A DNA stretch of 62,680 nucleotides, filler included, from Choristocarpus tenellus KU-1152 (GCA_964200185.2; 11 parts of 11 records of this genome joined end to end with filler, not necessarily neighbours in it), one strand, 5' to 3'. Positions 13,631 to 28,473 are shown, numbered from the whole stretch's first letter. Numbers and translations: made by a program. Notes: generated from the sequence alone by a model not told the origin.

Positions 13631-16299
13631 TCAGCATAAGAACCCTGTGTGTAGTACTCAGTGCATCAGTATCCATTAAGGAGTACTCGGATGCATTCCA
13701 AATGATTATTCGGTGCAGTAGATCTACTATTGATTCTGTACAAGCTACTCCAGGCTAATGAGGGCACTTGCAATATCTGTATATATGCAGTATATATATT
13801 GTGCCATTCTCCTCATTCCCCCCCACCGTTTCTTACGCCATTTCATACGTGGCAAACAAGAACTTTAAAGCAAGAGTGAGGGCATAACCCTTGTCCTTCT
13901 CAAATATGTCGGCAGGTGAAACCATAAGCTCGGACTTGAAACCCACCTCCAGGACTAGTGCGGCTTCTCTGTGTTTTGGGCAATGCCTACTGCATCTGCG
14001 CAGACCAGGCAAGTAGAAAATGATTGACTGAAGCATGGATTGATGAGTCGGGGGATATGTCCAAATTGGCAGCCCTCTCTCTTCCCACGCTATCTCACCT
14101 TCCCCTGTGCATTGGTCCCTAATGTCTGTAGTAGAAGTGTTCAATACGCACATAGTACATACTGACATAACCATAAATAGCACAAGTACATGCTGCACAC
14201 TGGTGCGCACGGAATGTGACCGGTACACATTTCCTTGCTCTGAGCTTTCCCGAGTTTGCAAGGAGTGGATGCTGCCCATACCTGCTCCTGCTAGTAGTAA
14301 TGCCAACCACCTGGTTAGCAAAATCTCTTATTTACATTAATCCATCCACTGCGACATTTTCGACTGGTTCTACCCACACCCTTACATTGCAAAGTGACCC
14401 CTGGCATCCTCCATCCGTAATATCATCCCCATATATCTATCCCATGCCTGCTATTGTGTGTGTATGCTTGAACTTGAGCAGGCATTATTCTTAACCATTC
14501 TTGGCTGCACTATTATCTGCACAGGTCCAGTGAATTGTTTGCTTCACAATGAGGTGAGTGGATGTTTGGACAGAGATCAAAGTCCATAAATCTATCATCA
14601 AGCTTGCAATATCTGAGATGCTTACATCTCCCAAGAGTAGGATAGGTTGGGGCATATGTGTTTTGCATATTGGAGGACTTTCAAGTATTGACCTTTCCTC
14701 AACTTGTCCTGTTCTTGCCAACATTATTGATCACAGGAGAGGTGTGTTGCAAGGTGCACCTTCTTATATACATCGAGAGATGAAGCAAGATATTCAACAC
14801 AGTGCATTATACCCAACCCCTCCCCAGCGTATCAAAGGCGAGTGACGAAATATTGGAAAACTACTGGGGAACACCTTCATATGGTGGTGCTTTCCGCGTC
14901 ATGTCCTCCCTTTTCATGTGATAGTCTGGAGATGATGGCGTCATACTTCAGGACCCCTCTTGACAGTCAGGACATCTCCACAGCTGAGCTCGCCAGAAAG
15001 CGGCCTTGAACCTTCACAACCGACAGTTGGGTCCAGTGCTGCTCGGTATACAATAGTCTACTAATCTGGGTCATGTGGGGTGAAGCACAATGCTGTTGGT
15101 CCTCATCTCGAGATGATAACCTTACACGGTGCAGCCTACTACTCCCGAGATAGAAGTATATCTCATTATCTAACCGTCACACACTTTTAAGTAGTTGGGA
15201 TAGTGCTTGGCTCACCTTGTAGAGTAAACCTTCCCCAGGAAAGAAGCGGTATGCACTCCAGCAGATTGATGACTTGGACAAAACATGCAGATTGGTATTG
15301 ATATGAACGTAAAGGGAAACAGGAATATGTCGTCATTTGCAAGGCATGCAGGTTGATATGGATATATGGATTCGATAGCGGTTAGTTCTCCTGGTTTTCC
15401 TTCAATGTCTTCTCCCCTGTATCCTAGGAGTTGTCTCAATGTTGAATACGGTATCACTATCATCTGGTGGAGTGCCCACACCAATGCTTAGCAATTCACC
15501 CAAGAGAAACACCAAAGGACACTGTCCAACTCACTAGTACAATACAAACTGATCACATCACTGTGAATACGCACCCTTCCGACCAAAAGTAGACAAGCAA
15601 ACTTTACGCTCATTATTGTGCCACCCGATCACAGTACTGCAGCAGTCTTGTGCAATTGTGAAGACAAGTTCCATAACCCAATAGTAAGTGAAGCACTGCC
15701 GCCTTCCCCAGCCGACAGCACACTTCAGTTGTGCCTTACATTTCCAGGATTTGACTCACAGTCAAAACTCCTGACTGTCCTGTCACACAGTTATTCGACT
15801 ACCATACCTGGAGGGGCTTGGACGCACCATTCGAACTTTACCTCCCTTAACTCATTTTCTGCCACCTTCCCGATCAAAATGTGTCAATCATAATGTATGA
15901 AATTGTATCACCCCTTGGAGATATTCCCAGTCAGTACCGACTTCCTTACCCAGACTTGAAAAACACGATCTTGGATTTTAAATTTACGACGCGGTGTGTC
16001 ATCCATCTCTATTTAAATCGTGCCACGTCCGGAGAGGGTCGACTTCAGTATATTTTGTCATAAGCTGACTTGGATCACCTCTATGAATAAATATATATAC
16101 ATATATTTAGGTTCATACAACACCGTCCAGAACGTCAGGATTTGGGCTTCATTGAAGTGGGTAGGTAATAATCATCAAGAGTTTAGTTGTGACCCCAACC
16201 AGAGAAAGCTTACAGAAATCCTACAAAAAAAAGTATCCCCCCCAAATATCCCAGCTTTTGTGTCTATCATTCGTTTGACAAAAAGTACCCCCATATTAT

Positions 16300-17800
16300 A
16301 ATGACCAATATTGTATCTTCAGATTAAACCTTGATGAAAAAAGCTGTTCTGTACTCAGCAAGAAAGCATGGAATGCAGGAATGATACAACAGAATGGCGG
16401 TACAAAGATCCACGTGTTCAGAAGAATGTCTCTGAAAAATAACTTGCACCCAATTGTTCACCCTCCTTACGACCCACTCATTTACCAGAAGGATTACAAT
16501 GGTCATTATGCCCACACACCCATTCCTCATATAGAATAGGGTACTTAAAACAGGTAGGAGAAGCTGTAAGTTAATTCTATACTGTAAGCCATATGATTTG
16601 GGTTGCCGTACCCATGTCAACAATGGAGAATAGAACCACTCATTGCAAGCAACCTGATGGTGGGCTTCCAAGACTCTTGTCATGCCTATTCGTTTTCTTG
16701 TAGGACGGTATAATAAAAGCAGTAAGTGGATTATTGCCACCACTTACTTCCAGTAGAACATAGCAATAGATCTCACCTGACCACAGAGTGAAACTACTAC
16801 TTCTATAATATTCTAATATTGGCACACTACTAGAACACTACTAGAACTTTCTTCTCTCCAAGACCCCGAAAACAAAATAAAAACAAGCTCACACACTGTT
16901 CCAGCTTGGGTCATTTATCTAACCGGCTTCCTTGCCAACAATAATCTCCATAGTTAATGGTAGCTGCAGAAAAAAAAAAGACGATTTTGATCTATAATTA
17001 TCTGAGATAATTAAATTCCCTTAAATGCCAAGATTTGAAGAGTTGAGGTCTGCTTTCAAACGACATTCCTTTGTTAATAGATGAGTCTACCCTCGTCATT
17101 CATCACGACCTTTATCGCTGCAAAGAAACAAGATTGACCTCTAGACTCCATATTCATTATTCCACGTCACCCTTTGGGCACCTTGCCATCAGCCTCCGGA
17201 TATGAAAAGATACCAACCGCAGGAGCAACAGCAATAATGATCTAGTGTGTCAACATCAGAGATCCTGGGTGTCAAGAATGCTGGCTTACAACAATATAGG
17301 AACCACCAACTGCTTCCTGACCTGTGCTGGGTTTCATAATCTAGCTCTGTCTCGAGGGTGATGTTGCCAACACAATAAGCCCTTTACTGCACAATACTAA
17401 CAAAGCATCAGGGGTGACCCGAGACAAAGAAGCAGGAGGTGACCTTCTAACCACCAGGTAACTCCTTCCTACTGCAGTCTAGCACATCATCACAAACCAT
17501 AGGCAAAGCACATCACCATACTTATAGAAAACCAAAGATCTAGCATACACTGTGCCAGCCAAGCAGTCAACAGAACTACATGTCAACCTCATCACACCCC
17601 TAGCAATTGCACCCGGTAGTATGGCACAGTGGTTACCCTTTAGTGTGTGCACCAACTGGATATGCATGCGTGGGTGTTGCCTGCACAACACCTCAAGGAA
17701 GGAGGAACACAGGAACCAGTCACATCCATAGCGGAGGGGGAAAATGACCAGGATGGTTGGGTAAGTGAAGGCGAAAGGAGGTAGATGTGAGGTGGTGTAG
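16300..17800 (-). mobile_element. Decayed LTR-retrotransposon (Ty3/gypsy-like) remnant
   Basis: Fragments such as YSPLLTWVRQP resemble the integrase-distal SPF..xGxxP motif; RNase H-like and Zn-knuckle-like debris lie upstream; heavily mutated. Confidence 0.35.
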
Positions 17801-17823
17801 AGCAGATGACTGGCTACACCCCC

Positions 17824-20567
17824 TCACTGCCGAAGAACTGCTTCAACAATCTTAAGTCCAACAGATGCATATGGCTGCGCCTCTGTCTTGATGCAAACGC
17901 GACAGGCGTTGCCCATTCCCGCAGTGAAAGTAATCTCCACAAGAATGTGAATATGTACCAGCCTGAACGAGAAGTATATCACACACTGCAGACAAAACGT
18001 TTCAATGACACAACAAAATACATGCACGTGGGGGGGGGGGGGAAGGAGTGCATGTCGGCTGGGGTGGAGCAACATTCAGATCTGATCACATTTCTTCAGC
18101 TTTCAGACTGGGAAGGTGGGAAGGATGCAAGCACAGTCACTCAGTCCAGACAATCTGCTTTCAACTAAGTCAATTCCTGCTTCTAGCTGTATCTTGGGGA
18201 AGTGTGAAATTCATGAAGGGTGCTCTCATTCCCTTAATCTTGGTGACCAAAAAACATCCAAAGATCAAGAATATGTGCACCGAAAAGAGAACATTTTTCT
18301 GTATTTAAAAAAAGGTACAAGTACATCTATCAACAAAGGTCTGGCACCAGACACACCAACAGTCACAAGTCAGAGTGCTAACTCAATGCATCTCCTCACC
18401 ACTTGTCACCCACCACCCATCTCCATAACAACGAAACAAATGCGTACTAGTTATGTACTTCCTTCTTGTCTATATACACCAAGTTCACATCCAACATTTG
18501 CACTACTCACAATCGCCCACCCTCCCCCACCCCCATGCAACAAATATTGGTCTGGTCACTCATGGACGCTGAACAGTCAAACGGCAACATAAAGTCTGTT
18601 GTCTCATCTCTAACACTCTTATCCTGCTGCACACCAACCATGATTGCCTCACAAAACAAAGACTCAGTCCCTTTTTCATCCCACCCCTACTACTAATACA
18701 CCTCTTTACTCCTGATGTACCTGTGGTGCAGGGGTAGTAGGAGACTGTGGGACGTCCTTCCTGGCAACAAAGTAGATATTGCGAGCTAGCAGCTTTTGTG
18801 ACACTAACTCAACATCCCCAGTGGGGAGGCCACTCAGCTGCATTGGCACAGTGTGGGGTATAAGAAGACGCAGGAAATATAAAAAGGAAGTTTCAAGATT
18901 GCTCACATCACATAGGGGACTGCTTGACATTTGTTCTTTTTTTTCCAGTTTATAGCAGTTGTTCATGACAATACTCTTGGAATAGTCCAAATTCTGCTTT
19001 CAAAAGAAACTCAGAAGATGGTCAAGTACTGCAGCAAATGCTTAATTCACGTATGTATGAGAAAATCCTGCACTTGATTCAACACATGATTTGAACCATC
19101 AGAGATCCCTTCACTAGATACTACGGCACAGTCGATTCAATTTTGCCTAGACATAAATGGCTACACCCTAGCAAGGACACTACTATAGCACTCTACTCAA
19201 CCACAGTAGATATATCAAGACTTGGACCAAAATATATTCTTAGATAATACACAGCACTTGAAGGCTCTTGGCAATACAACATTAGAACAAAAAACCCAAA
19301 GAAAATGTCACACTTTCCAATGCATGCCTCCCTCACACCACCACCCCTTCTCTCAAGCCTCAACCCTCCCCCGGTTCACCTCAGAGTACACATCTCGGGA
19401 GCTATCAATGCTCTTCCACACAGCTGCAAACTGCCCCCTCTCCACTGGAGCAACTTCTGGTATCATGGACTGCAACATGTCCACTGGAAGGTTGAAGTAA
19501 ATCACTGCACCAGACTGGTGGGAAACATTCATATGTTGTATTTGATGTAGAGGGGGTGAGATGAGGGGCGAGTGGGTGGGGGGAGGTGGGGGAGGGGGGC
19601 ATTATCTTTGAACACAGTTCTGCAGCACTCGATTGGTTGATTGGTAAATCTACAGTGATACCACCGAATGCAACGCAAAAAATAATATATGTACGTAACA
19701 TACACATACTCCAATTTTTAGGAATAAACTGCTTCACTACACTTGTTGTGCAAGACTCGTAATATATGGTGTTTAAGACTACACTTATGGAGGGGGCGGA
19801 GGGGCACATGATCCAGTCTTGATTATAATGAATTGCTACCTGACCTTATTCCTAGATCTGTGTAATCTCAGGGGATCTATTACAGGTGCAAATTGACAAG
19901 GGTCACCCTCATCTGTTCACGCCATGCACACCTTGACAGGTGCCGCAGGAACGTTTTGCTTGATAATGCAAAAGGAAGTGCTCATCCATGTATTCCAAAC
20001 CACACTCAATCCAAGCACAAACCCACAAACAAAAGCCTCAGAGACATACTATTCCATACACACGCATGCACTGCTACTTATTTGAGGATACTCATTACTC
20101 AACTCTCCATCTACTCAAAGCACACCCCTTGGACAAGCCACCATTGCAAATATATGGGTATGAATATAGAGGGGAGCTTTCGAACACTACAACAAACATG
20201 TAAACAAATTCTTAGGAGTACATGCTCCACTGCTTTTGTTACAAAATATGTGCTATTTTGAAAGTAGTATTACTGTGTCCATCAAGTGACAACTTCCAAC
20301 AGGAGAGATGGATAAAAGGCTACATATCCCACAAATACGGTGATACAAGAGAATCAGCTACGTCAAAAAGAGATCCATCACAACCTCAAGATCAAATCAC
20401 CCACCCAACATCAATCAACAGACACAGCCAACAAGACCTGTCTCTCACACAATTCAACATCACCTGCATGTTCTTCACTGCTGTCTGCACAGGGGCATTA
20501 ATTGGTGCCCCTGGCGTCATCATGACTGGATTGATCCCCATAGGAAGGGAATACTGAGCCGAAGCCC
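17824..20567 (-). CDS. Beta-adaptin (AP-1/AP-2 complex beta subunit), appendage domain; last 4 exons
   Basis: Exons 20464-20567, 19380-19514, 18721-18837 and 17824-17985 splice in frame to ...PVQTAVKNMQSGAVIYFNLPV...VERGQFAAVWKSI...VSQKLLARNIYFVARKDV...VIYFSFRL...ILVEITF...IVEAVLRQ*, matching the beta-adaptin motifs LQVAVKNN, MERQVFLATWKDI and VSSKLQNNNVYTIAKRNV. Confidence 0.92.
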
Positions 20568-23500
20568 CTGAAATCGTTCACAATGGCAGGGGCAGGTAGG
20601 GGGGGGNNNNNNNNNNNNNNNNNNNNNNNNNNNNNNNNNNNNNNNNNNNNTTAATTAATTAANNNNNNNNNNNNNNNNNNNNNNNNNNNNNNNNNNNNNN
20701 NNNNNNCCCCCCCCAGATACTTTGACCCCAAAATCCTTGAGAAGCCAAGCCCCGAACGGACAAACAGCGCAAAACTCCTACACTCCTCAATCCTTTGGGT
20801 CTCATGCAGACTCTTGACTATGTGCAATGACTATACCAAATTGAAAGTTTGCATACCTGTAGTGTGCATTATCAACATCTCCAGTAGATGCATGGGCTCC
20901 ATCATTCATATCATTCTTGATCGGTGATCATATTCACTACACAGCTATTCCAGTACATGTAGCTGTACAGCCAACTGATGATAGTAGTAGAAGCAGTAGT
21001 AGCAGCATGGAAAAGCTGTCCCACCATGCCACCATGCCACCATACCACTGTTAGTGATGCCTTGAAGTAATGTGATGTGGTCCATAGTACTCAACCTTTA
21101 CGCCACCACAACACCTCATATCTCACATCTTATATCTCACACCCCAGATTTTGCCAATAGGTCAAGCCTTCCCTACAACCTCCCCTACCTTTCCATTCTT
21201 ATCGCTATGAGTATTGCTGATATTGTTATGCTACTGCAATCATTATAGTTATTTGTATTAGTAGTAGTAGTAATCTTGACATCTCCCAACAAGTTTTTCA
21301 AAGCAATCAGAACTACCATGAGATGTTTCTATCCCTCTTGCTAGTTCAAGTGCTCAGAACCAAGACCTGGCAGCACAAACTACACTGCACCTAAAAGCCT
21401 TTGCATCAATTTGGAGGAGGCCTATGCCAGGTTTGAACCAACAGAAGTGCAGCATGGAGTCAAAGGTGCTTCTTTTGCCAAAGCAAGGAACAATGGTGAG
21501 CTTGCAATTAGAAACAAGCCTTCCAAGTGATTTTATGTGACTGCTACTGTGCACTCAGAAACGTGCAGGCTTACTCCAGACCTTGATCACAACTTTGTGT
21601 GGTGTGACAGCATAGGAGAAATTGATGCTCTAGTGATGGATTACTTGAAAGAAGGACTGTTGTAGCATGTTAGCATAGAAAAAATATCATACATATATAT
21701 ATATATAAAGCAACATTTAAGCATCAACATATATATATATTGGTCGGGGTCTTATGGGCAAGGCACTGTACTGTTATTTATTGCTGTGATTATTCAATGT
21801 ATGTAAATCTGGAGTTTTCTTTGCTGTGAAACCTGTTGACAAATAGCAAGGCTGGCAACCAAAATTCACTGGTAAAATGATTTTCACTGGTGAGATTGGC
21901 AGTATAGTAATGGTCATCAACATGGAACCCAAGAAATGAAAACGTTGTCCAGCATTTGAATCAGGGACCTAATGTTACATGCTGCAACTCTGAATCACTA
22001 TAATGCCTGTCCAGTGATTCAAAGACCAGAGTTTGTGAGTACTGATGATAAAAAATGGTTTGGTATGACCTTGAGTGACCTACATAACAGGATATGACTG
22101 GAAGAGGTTGTAGTTTATCAGAACTGTTGCGACAAATGATGCTGAGATTGAGATTTTGTGCATACTAAAATACATTTTTCATCATGAACAGCATGGTGTA
22201 CTACTACCAATACTGCAAACATTAATATTACTTCTAGATGGGTTGAGTTGATACAATATGGCCATCCTACAAGTATATCCTTCCCTACTCCCTCAATCTC
22301 AATATTGTATCTATTACTGCCAATTTTACACCATTCTTGACTTGATATTCTAATTTGTCTTTCTGCTGGAAATCTCATCTCCCTGCAAGTAGTACACTCA
22401 CGGGGAAAGTCTACTGAGGACAGCAAGTTTGAGTCTTCCATTGCCAACTTGAGATACATGCGACCGCTTTCAACAATTTACGGTGCTGGAACAAAAAGGT
22501 GATGGGGTGACAGGGTGAGAGGGTGACAGAAACAAAAAATATGCACTCCACTAGTTGCCAAATCACTGAACGCAACAACAAACTGTTAAAGTCCTAATTA
22601 TTGAGGATAAACGTTGTAGATCACCTATTCAACGGGCATTTCTTTGACCAGCAAGGCTCTCCTTAGGACTTCAGTAACCATTGTAGACTAGGGGACTATC
22701 GATAGATGCATTAATCTCACAATTATACTCTTTCTCCTGTATTGCTACTACCATATTACAGTAGTATTCTAGAGTAGAAACAGTCATTCTAGAGTGTCAG
22801 CATTGCCAAGATTGTCAACCAGAGCTGAGGACGGGCTTGCTGAACACATGTGGTAACCATTACATCTATTTTTCTGCTGATGTGCAGCTCTGGTATTACC
22901 ATGCAAACCTAGTGTATGCCAGACATGGGGCATTTTTCCTCATAGGACCAGTAGGCACAGTTCTCAGCACCAAATATTATGTAGCTTCAACCAATAAAAC
23001 ATTCCTATTGAGTTTATCATAGTTGAAGCAAGATACTCCTCCATGTCATACACCTTGAACAGCATAATATTTATTTGACACTAATTTAAAGTCTTAACAT
23101 TCATGGGGAATTTACGGCAACAGAGTGAGTAGTGCTAATAGGAGAGTATGACTTACAAAGGAAATAGGCCTCAAGTATTGTCCTGGACAACATATAGTCC
23201 TCGGGAATTGGGATCTGAGTGTTGTCCTTGACAACATGTACTGTGGAGAAATTCAGCCTAAAATGTTTGGGATTAAGTCATTTTGAGGGTTACTTTATCC
23301 ATGGTGCACTGTAGTTCACTACTAACTCCAACCTTGACTCTTAAGTGACCATTTCTGTTTGTAGTGTATCATCAATTTGCAGTATCATGAACCAAGGCAA
23401 GTAGCTAGGGTGTGCTGGATTGGGTACAGATCATGGGGAAACAAGTTCTTAAGTTAGAAGTGAGATGGTCAACCTTAGTACAGATTATTCTATTCCAACT

Positions 23501-23617
23501 GTCGAAAGGGTAGAGAGAGTATTGGTTGAGCTTTGTGCAGTCACAGTGACCGGTAAATTCTGTTATCCCTACCCTAATATAAGAAGTCCCAGGAAAAGTA
23601 CTTTCATCAACACATCC

Positions 23618-23664
23618 GAGTTAAGATATCTTAGAGGGTACTACCCTCTAAGATACTTTCACTC
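23618..23664. mobile_element. Minimal MITE-A derivative consisting of two abutting TIRs (47 bp)
   Basis: GAGTTAAGATATCTTAGAGGGTA-C-TACCCTCTAAGATACTTTCACTC, flanked by ATCC/ATCC. Confidence 0.88.
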
Positions 23665-23845
23665 ATCCTCCATGGCTGTACTTCACCTGCAAGAAGCGAT
23701 TATCTACCCATACCACAAGGAAATCATTGAGACCCTGGAGAAATGTTGTAGTAGCCAGAATATTGTGCTCAAACTAAGCTATTCCCATCAGGTTTGGAAC
23801 ATTCAAATATAGCACACTCTAGGCAACAGCTTCAGCAAATACATA

Positions 23846-25502
23846 CTACCTCTGTGCCATACGTTTGCGCCGCGAAATGTCTGGGATTGCCGACGAGAAC
23901 GGCGCCGAATCGGACGATAACCCCACAGAATGAAATCAGGTTGACAATCTCAACTTTCAGAAAAGGTTGGGGTCGAGGATCATCAGGTACAAACTCAAGG
24001 TGCTTCAAGCCGTCAAGTAGGGGTCTTTTGGGGTGATTTTGAGGCCAGATCTGGGCACGTCAAGGGTCAGAACGTCGGCATGACTACCCCCCCGTCGAGC
24101 CCCTTGTGTAGGAAGGTTGCCCAAGTGTCCCTGAATACCAGGGTTGCGTTTGCAGTGCAGCACATCCTTGCGATAGTCCCTGGTGAGCAAAAACTGCCGC
24201 GACACGTTGGGCTGGCCCTCACAGCGGAGTTTGGAGTGTCCGAGCGTTACATGCAAGAGCTCTGGGAGGACGTCGCCAATCAGCTCACCCATGGTCACAC
24301 CCTTGACCTAGGGGTGGCGGCACGTAGTGGGCGGTCTTTGGAGCTCACACCAATCAAGCAGGTCACAGTACATAGTATCAACTCCGATAATTGGTCATCC
24401 ACAGGTGGCAATGAAGATGGCCTCCAAGGGGCTGAATTATAGCATGAGCACAATAAACAGGATGTTGGATGATGTAGGGGCCATGCCAAATCGCCGCTAG
24501 ATCAAACCCAAGCTTACATCGTGACAAAGGTATGGAGAATGGACTTTGTTTGCGATCTAGTGGACCGGAAACGTGGTTTTACGCGATGGCTGACGGGGAA
24601 AGAAAGGGTTAGGGTGGCATTTCCGCATGAGGATGATAGCAACCTTTCAGGGTCCCCTATTGTGCAGCTCAAGAGTCATATCCCCAAAAGCATGATCATT
24701 GCAGCCAATGCCCGCCCAGATTCGGCTCACAGCTTTGATGGAAAGCTTGGTGTTTGGCATGTGTGTGTGCCAAAAATGGAAGAAAGGACTAGCAAGAACC
24801 ACAAAAGGGGGGATGTGTATGAATAGTACTGTACTTTAGACCATTTGTGGTACAGGAAGTGGTACAAGGAGGAGCTACTGCCTGCAATCAAGACCAAGAT
24901 GCCTTGGTTGCAGGGGAAGCACGTTGTTGTTCAGCAAGACGGTGCCACCCTCCACACGGGCAAGGACAACTCAGAAATCTTGTCGGGGGCAGGGAAGACT
25001 GAGGAGTGGTCGATTAGACTTGTGACGCAGTCATCTAACTCCCCCGACCTCAATATCATGGACCAGTGCTTCTTCAGGTCTTTGAAATGCCGGGTGATGG
25101 GGTAGTGGTTTGGGTTCATCGAGGAGATAGTGAAGGTCATTAAGGAGATGGTGAAGGTCATTAAGAGACGGTATGAGGAGTATGATGAAACCACACTTGA
25201 GAGGGCTTAGCAGCTCCTTTTTGTGGTGTACAATCAAGTACTTAGATACAAAGGGGGGAATGACTTCAGTGTGGAGCACACAGGGGTAAGAAGGAGACAG
25301 TTGCCTGGTGAGCTTGAAAACACACTAAAGGTAGACATGGAGGCTTTTTCTGTCACTGATAAAATTGTGATGGGTGGGGAGTAATAATAATAAAGAGAGC
25401 TGACCCTAACCAGAAATTCGTCAAGGATTCCAAATACGTTTCAGAAATGTATTTCATCAACATCTTCAAAAGGTATGGGCAACGCAGCACAAACTGAGGT
25501 AG
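23846..25502 (+). mobile_element. Tc1/mariner DNA transposon (plant-mariner/DD39D-like) with pseudogenised transposase
   Basis: TA TSD; TIRs CTACCTCTGT / ACTGAGGTAG (Stowaway-like); fragments KSHIPK...ARP...FDGKLGVW...RTSKNHKRG...LLPAIKTKMP...VQQDGATLH...QSSNSPDLNIMD. Stops, frameshifts and a 21-bp duplication near 25128. Confidence 0.92.
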
Positions 25503-27247
25503 TACAATAAGGAATTCAGGCACGACGAGAGCGCATGGTGACAAAATAATTTGCCAAGTTCTAAGATATCTTATCAGCTTGGTACAAAATATACATGCAA
25601 TGACGGTGATGACAGGTCAGAGTCAGTTAGGACCCCCCCAAACCCCAAAGCTTAGCCATCAGTGTGGGGAGTAGCAACATGCTACCCCAAGGCCACCCCA
25701 ATGCTACGCCACAAAAAGCAACTGCCATACAAGTACTTCTGTCGAATTCCTGTACAAGAAACAGTCTGTATCGCCCCTAATCTGACAAACAGCCATAGTT
25801 CAACCAGTTGGACAATACATAATTATTCTAAGAAATAACTCTTTATAGGTTCTTGCTCCATTATACAACCATACCACATCCACAACACATCACCTTCAAC
25901 AGGTCAACTACTCTTTATAGGAGCAGCCTGAGAAAACATATAACCTCTTCTCCCTATGTTTGACCCTGACCCCTTTGTTTACCTTGTGATGATTTGTGGC
26001 AGGAAAATCACTAAGGGGTACATTTCACAGAATGATCAATGTCAGAGTGTCTGCAGAAGTCGAGCCATTAGCCAACATGGAAACATTGAGAATAGTCAAG
26101 TCAATGCTGCACGCTGCATCCATACATCTCCCTGCAAGACAAGCCTCCTCTCAAGCGGACTGTGATCATCAGATGGACTTGCTTAAGGTCAGAGCTCTAA
26201 CAATGGACCACCTCAACTAAAGGGTGTACAAGTTCCTTTTGTAAATGGAGCAGCTCAAATAGCTAAGTCCTTCTGTAGGATCCAAAGACACTATGTGAAA
26301 AAATGGAGTGATGCCCTGAGCACCAGCAGATTTAAACACGAGGAGTAATTGATGGCCAGATAAGAGATCTCGTGACACTTGTGACATGAAAGTTAATGAA
26401 TAGTAGACAGCAGCCCTTAAGCAATAAAATTGGGGGTGTTTAGTGGACAGTCAAATCTGGAAAATTGGTGTTGGGCGGAGGGGCATACCACCATACATTT
26501 ACCATGGTACAACAGATTCCGCATGTATTGCAAACATTCCCATCCTTAGCCATACTGTACTGCCAACTAGACCTAACCCTGCTATATTTTGGGGGTGAAG
26601 GTCTACTGTAGCAGATTATACCTGCACAATTTTACAGCATAAATATAATCACACAATATAATGTCAAACGATTAATTTTAGTGATGAGACAGCACAAAAA
26701 CCTTTACAATTATTCACACCAATACAACACAACTCAAAAAAATACATGCATCAAATGGGAACTTATGCAGGACATAGATCATGCCAATAGTAGCAGCCTC
26801 ACTAATATACTCTGGAGTAGGTATTTGTATTATACCACCATCATACAATCTCACCATCTCACCAACTATTTTTTGAAATGTCAAAGTACTCACCTTTCTT
26901 TTTCTCACACATCACTAGGTCGGCTATGCACATCAAGAGGATGAACATCCTCCTACCAGATTTGCCTGGGACCAACAAAGTGTGATTATGCTCAGAAGCA
27001 TACGATAAACAAGCTGCCTATACTAGCCAGACACCTAGAAGAAGCGACCAATTTGAAGGCCCCTTCATGGCAGGGGAATGTTGCATGAAAACTATGAAGG
27101 GAGGGATTACAACTCTAGGTGCTATTCACTTTCTTAGGGGAGGCAATGGTGTGGTCACCCAATAAATTGAGCTGAGAATGAGTTTAAACTTGTGGACAGG
27201 TCTATGGATGGTGACCTTGAAGGCCTTCCACAGACAGCTGTAAATTA

Positions 27248-27430
27248 GACTCAAAGGTATCTGGGAGGGGGTGGTGGCTGTCCATTTGGGGTCAACTTTT
27301 TCATGTCGCAATTTATGAGTGATTTTTGGTTGCATGCATCGGATGGTTACTGTAAATGCACTTTTCATGATTTTTCCCCAAATGGACACCCTGGTGAAGA
27401 CCCCCCCCCCCCTCCCAGATACATTGGATC
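27248..27430 (+). mobile_element. MITE family B, full length
   Basis: GACTCAAAGGTATCTGGGAGGGGG...CCCCCTCCCAGATACATTGGATC; TSD ATTA/ATTA. Confidence 0.9.
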
Positions 27431-28153
27431 ATTACATGCAGGGGATCGTCCCCCTTTCATCCCTTTGCTGGACACAACCATTGGTATGATGAGGAAGAGA
27501 CTTACAGCATCAGAGGGTCGTTAATTACATCAACATAACCTCTCCTATCATATGTTAACTGTCTTGGAAGTATTGTGTGTATCCTGGGTAACTGTAATCT
27601 CTCAATATTTTATTCAATAACAGGGTACATGCAGTATGGGCACATGCTACACACATTGACTTTCCTTTGTCTTCATCGTTCTGGATACACAGTTGCTGCT
27701 TATACTATTATGGAGGGATGTAGTATTCAAGATTATTAAAGAGCCAAGTCAACAGAGAGGTAGGAAGGTTTGGACTCTTTTTGACTTCGAAGTAATCTTT
27801 CTTATCCCATGCAATACACTATTCCATTGCTTTATGTGCATAACAGTGTTCGTAAAGCTGATGTTCCCCCTTTTCCACAAAAAACGTGACCCCAAAACTC
27901 AGATAAGTCTCTTTCTGTAGTTGTACAAAATGGTTCTCACACATCTTCTGGGATTTTCGAGCCGGAAAAGAACAAAATATGATTGGATTCGTGGGGACAA
28001 GTCAGATCTAATGTAGTTAATTCGAGGTCTTAACTTCACCTGGAACCCAAGATACGTTCCGTTTTGACCCAAATTTGGATTAAATAGTGTAGACTGAAGG
28101 CACTCAACCCACTGTAAAATCTCCTAAAGAACTATTCTTCCCATGAATTAAAT

Positions 28154-28304
28154 GAGTGAAACTCTCTTAGAGGGTAGAGTCAAAATATCTTAGAGGGTAA
28201 AGCCACGTCCATTTGGGGATCAAATTCCAATGTTGCGATTTTGATGTAATTTTGGCTATCGCATTTGTTAGGAAGTATCAATATCCATGTTTTGGACACA
28301 CCTT
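28154..28304 (+). mobile_element. Two MITE-A termini in tandem (A inserted at the TIR of another A), truncated
   Basis: GAGTGAAACTCTCTTAGAGGGTA is immediately followed at 28177 by GAGTCAAAATATCTTAGAGGGTA and the A interior. Confidence 0.75.
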
Positions 28305-28473
28305 TGTTCGATTAGACTCTTCCAACTCTATCGGACAGTTACGGTAAAATATGTATGGAGTAATGGAACAATCNNNNNNNNNNNNNNNNNNNNNNNNNNN
28401 NNNNNNNNNNNNNNNNNTTAATTAATTAANNNNNNNNNNNNNNNNNNNNNNNNNNNNNNNNNNNNNNNNNNNN

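Noticed and set aside
14400-15500. Possible reverse transcriptase remnant
   Set aside because: Only a vague resemblance; no YxDD motif located.
25620-26460. Possible piggyBac transposase remnant
   Set aside because: Motifs too degraded, and no TTAA-flanked TIRs were found.
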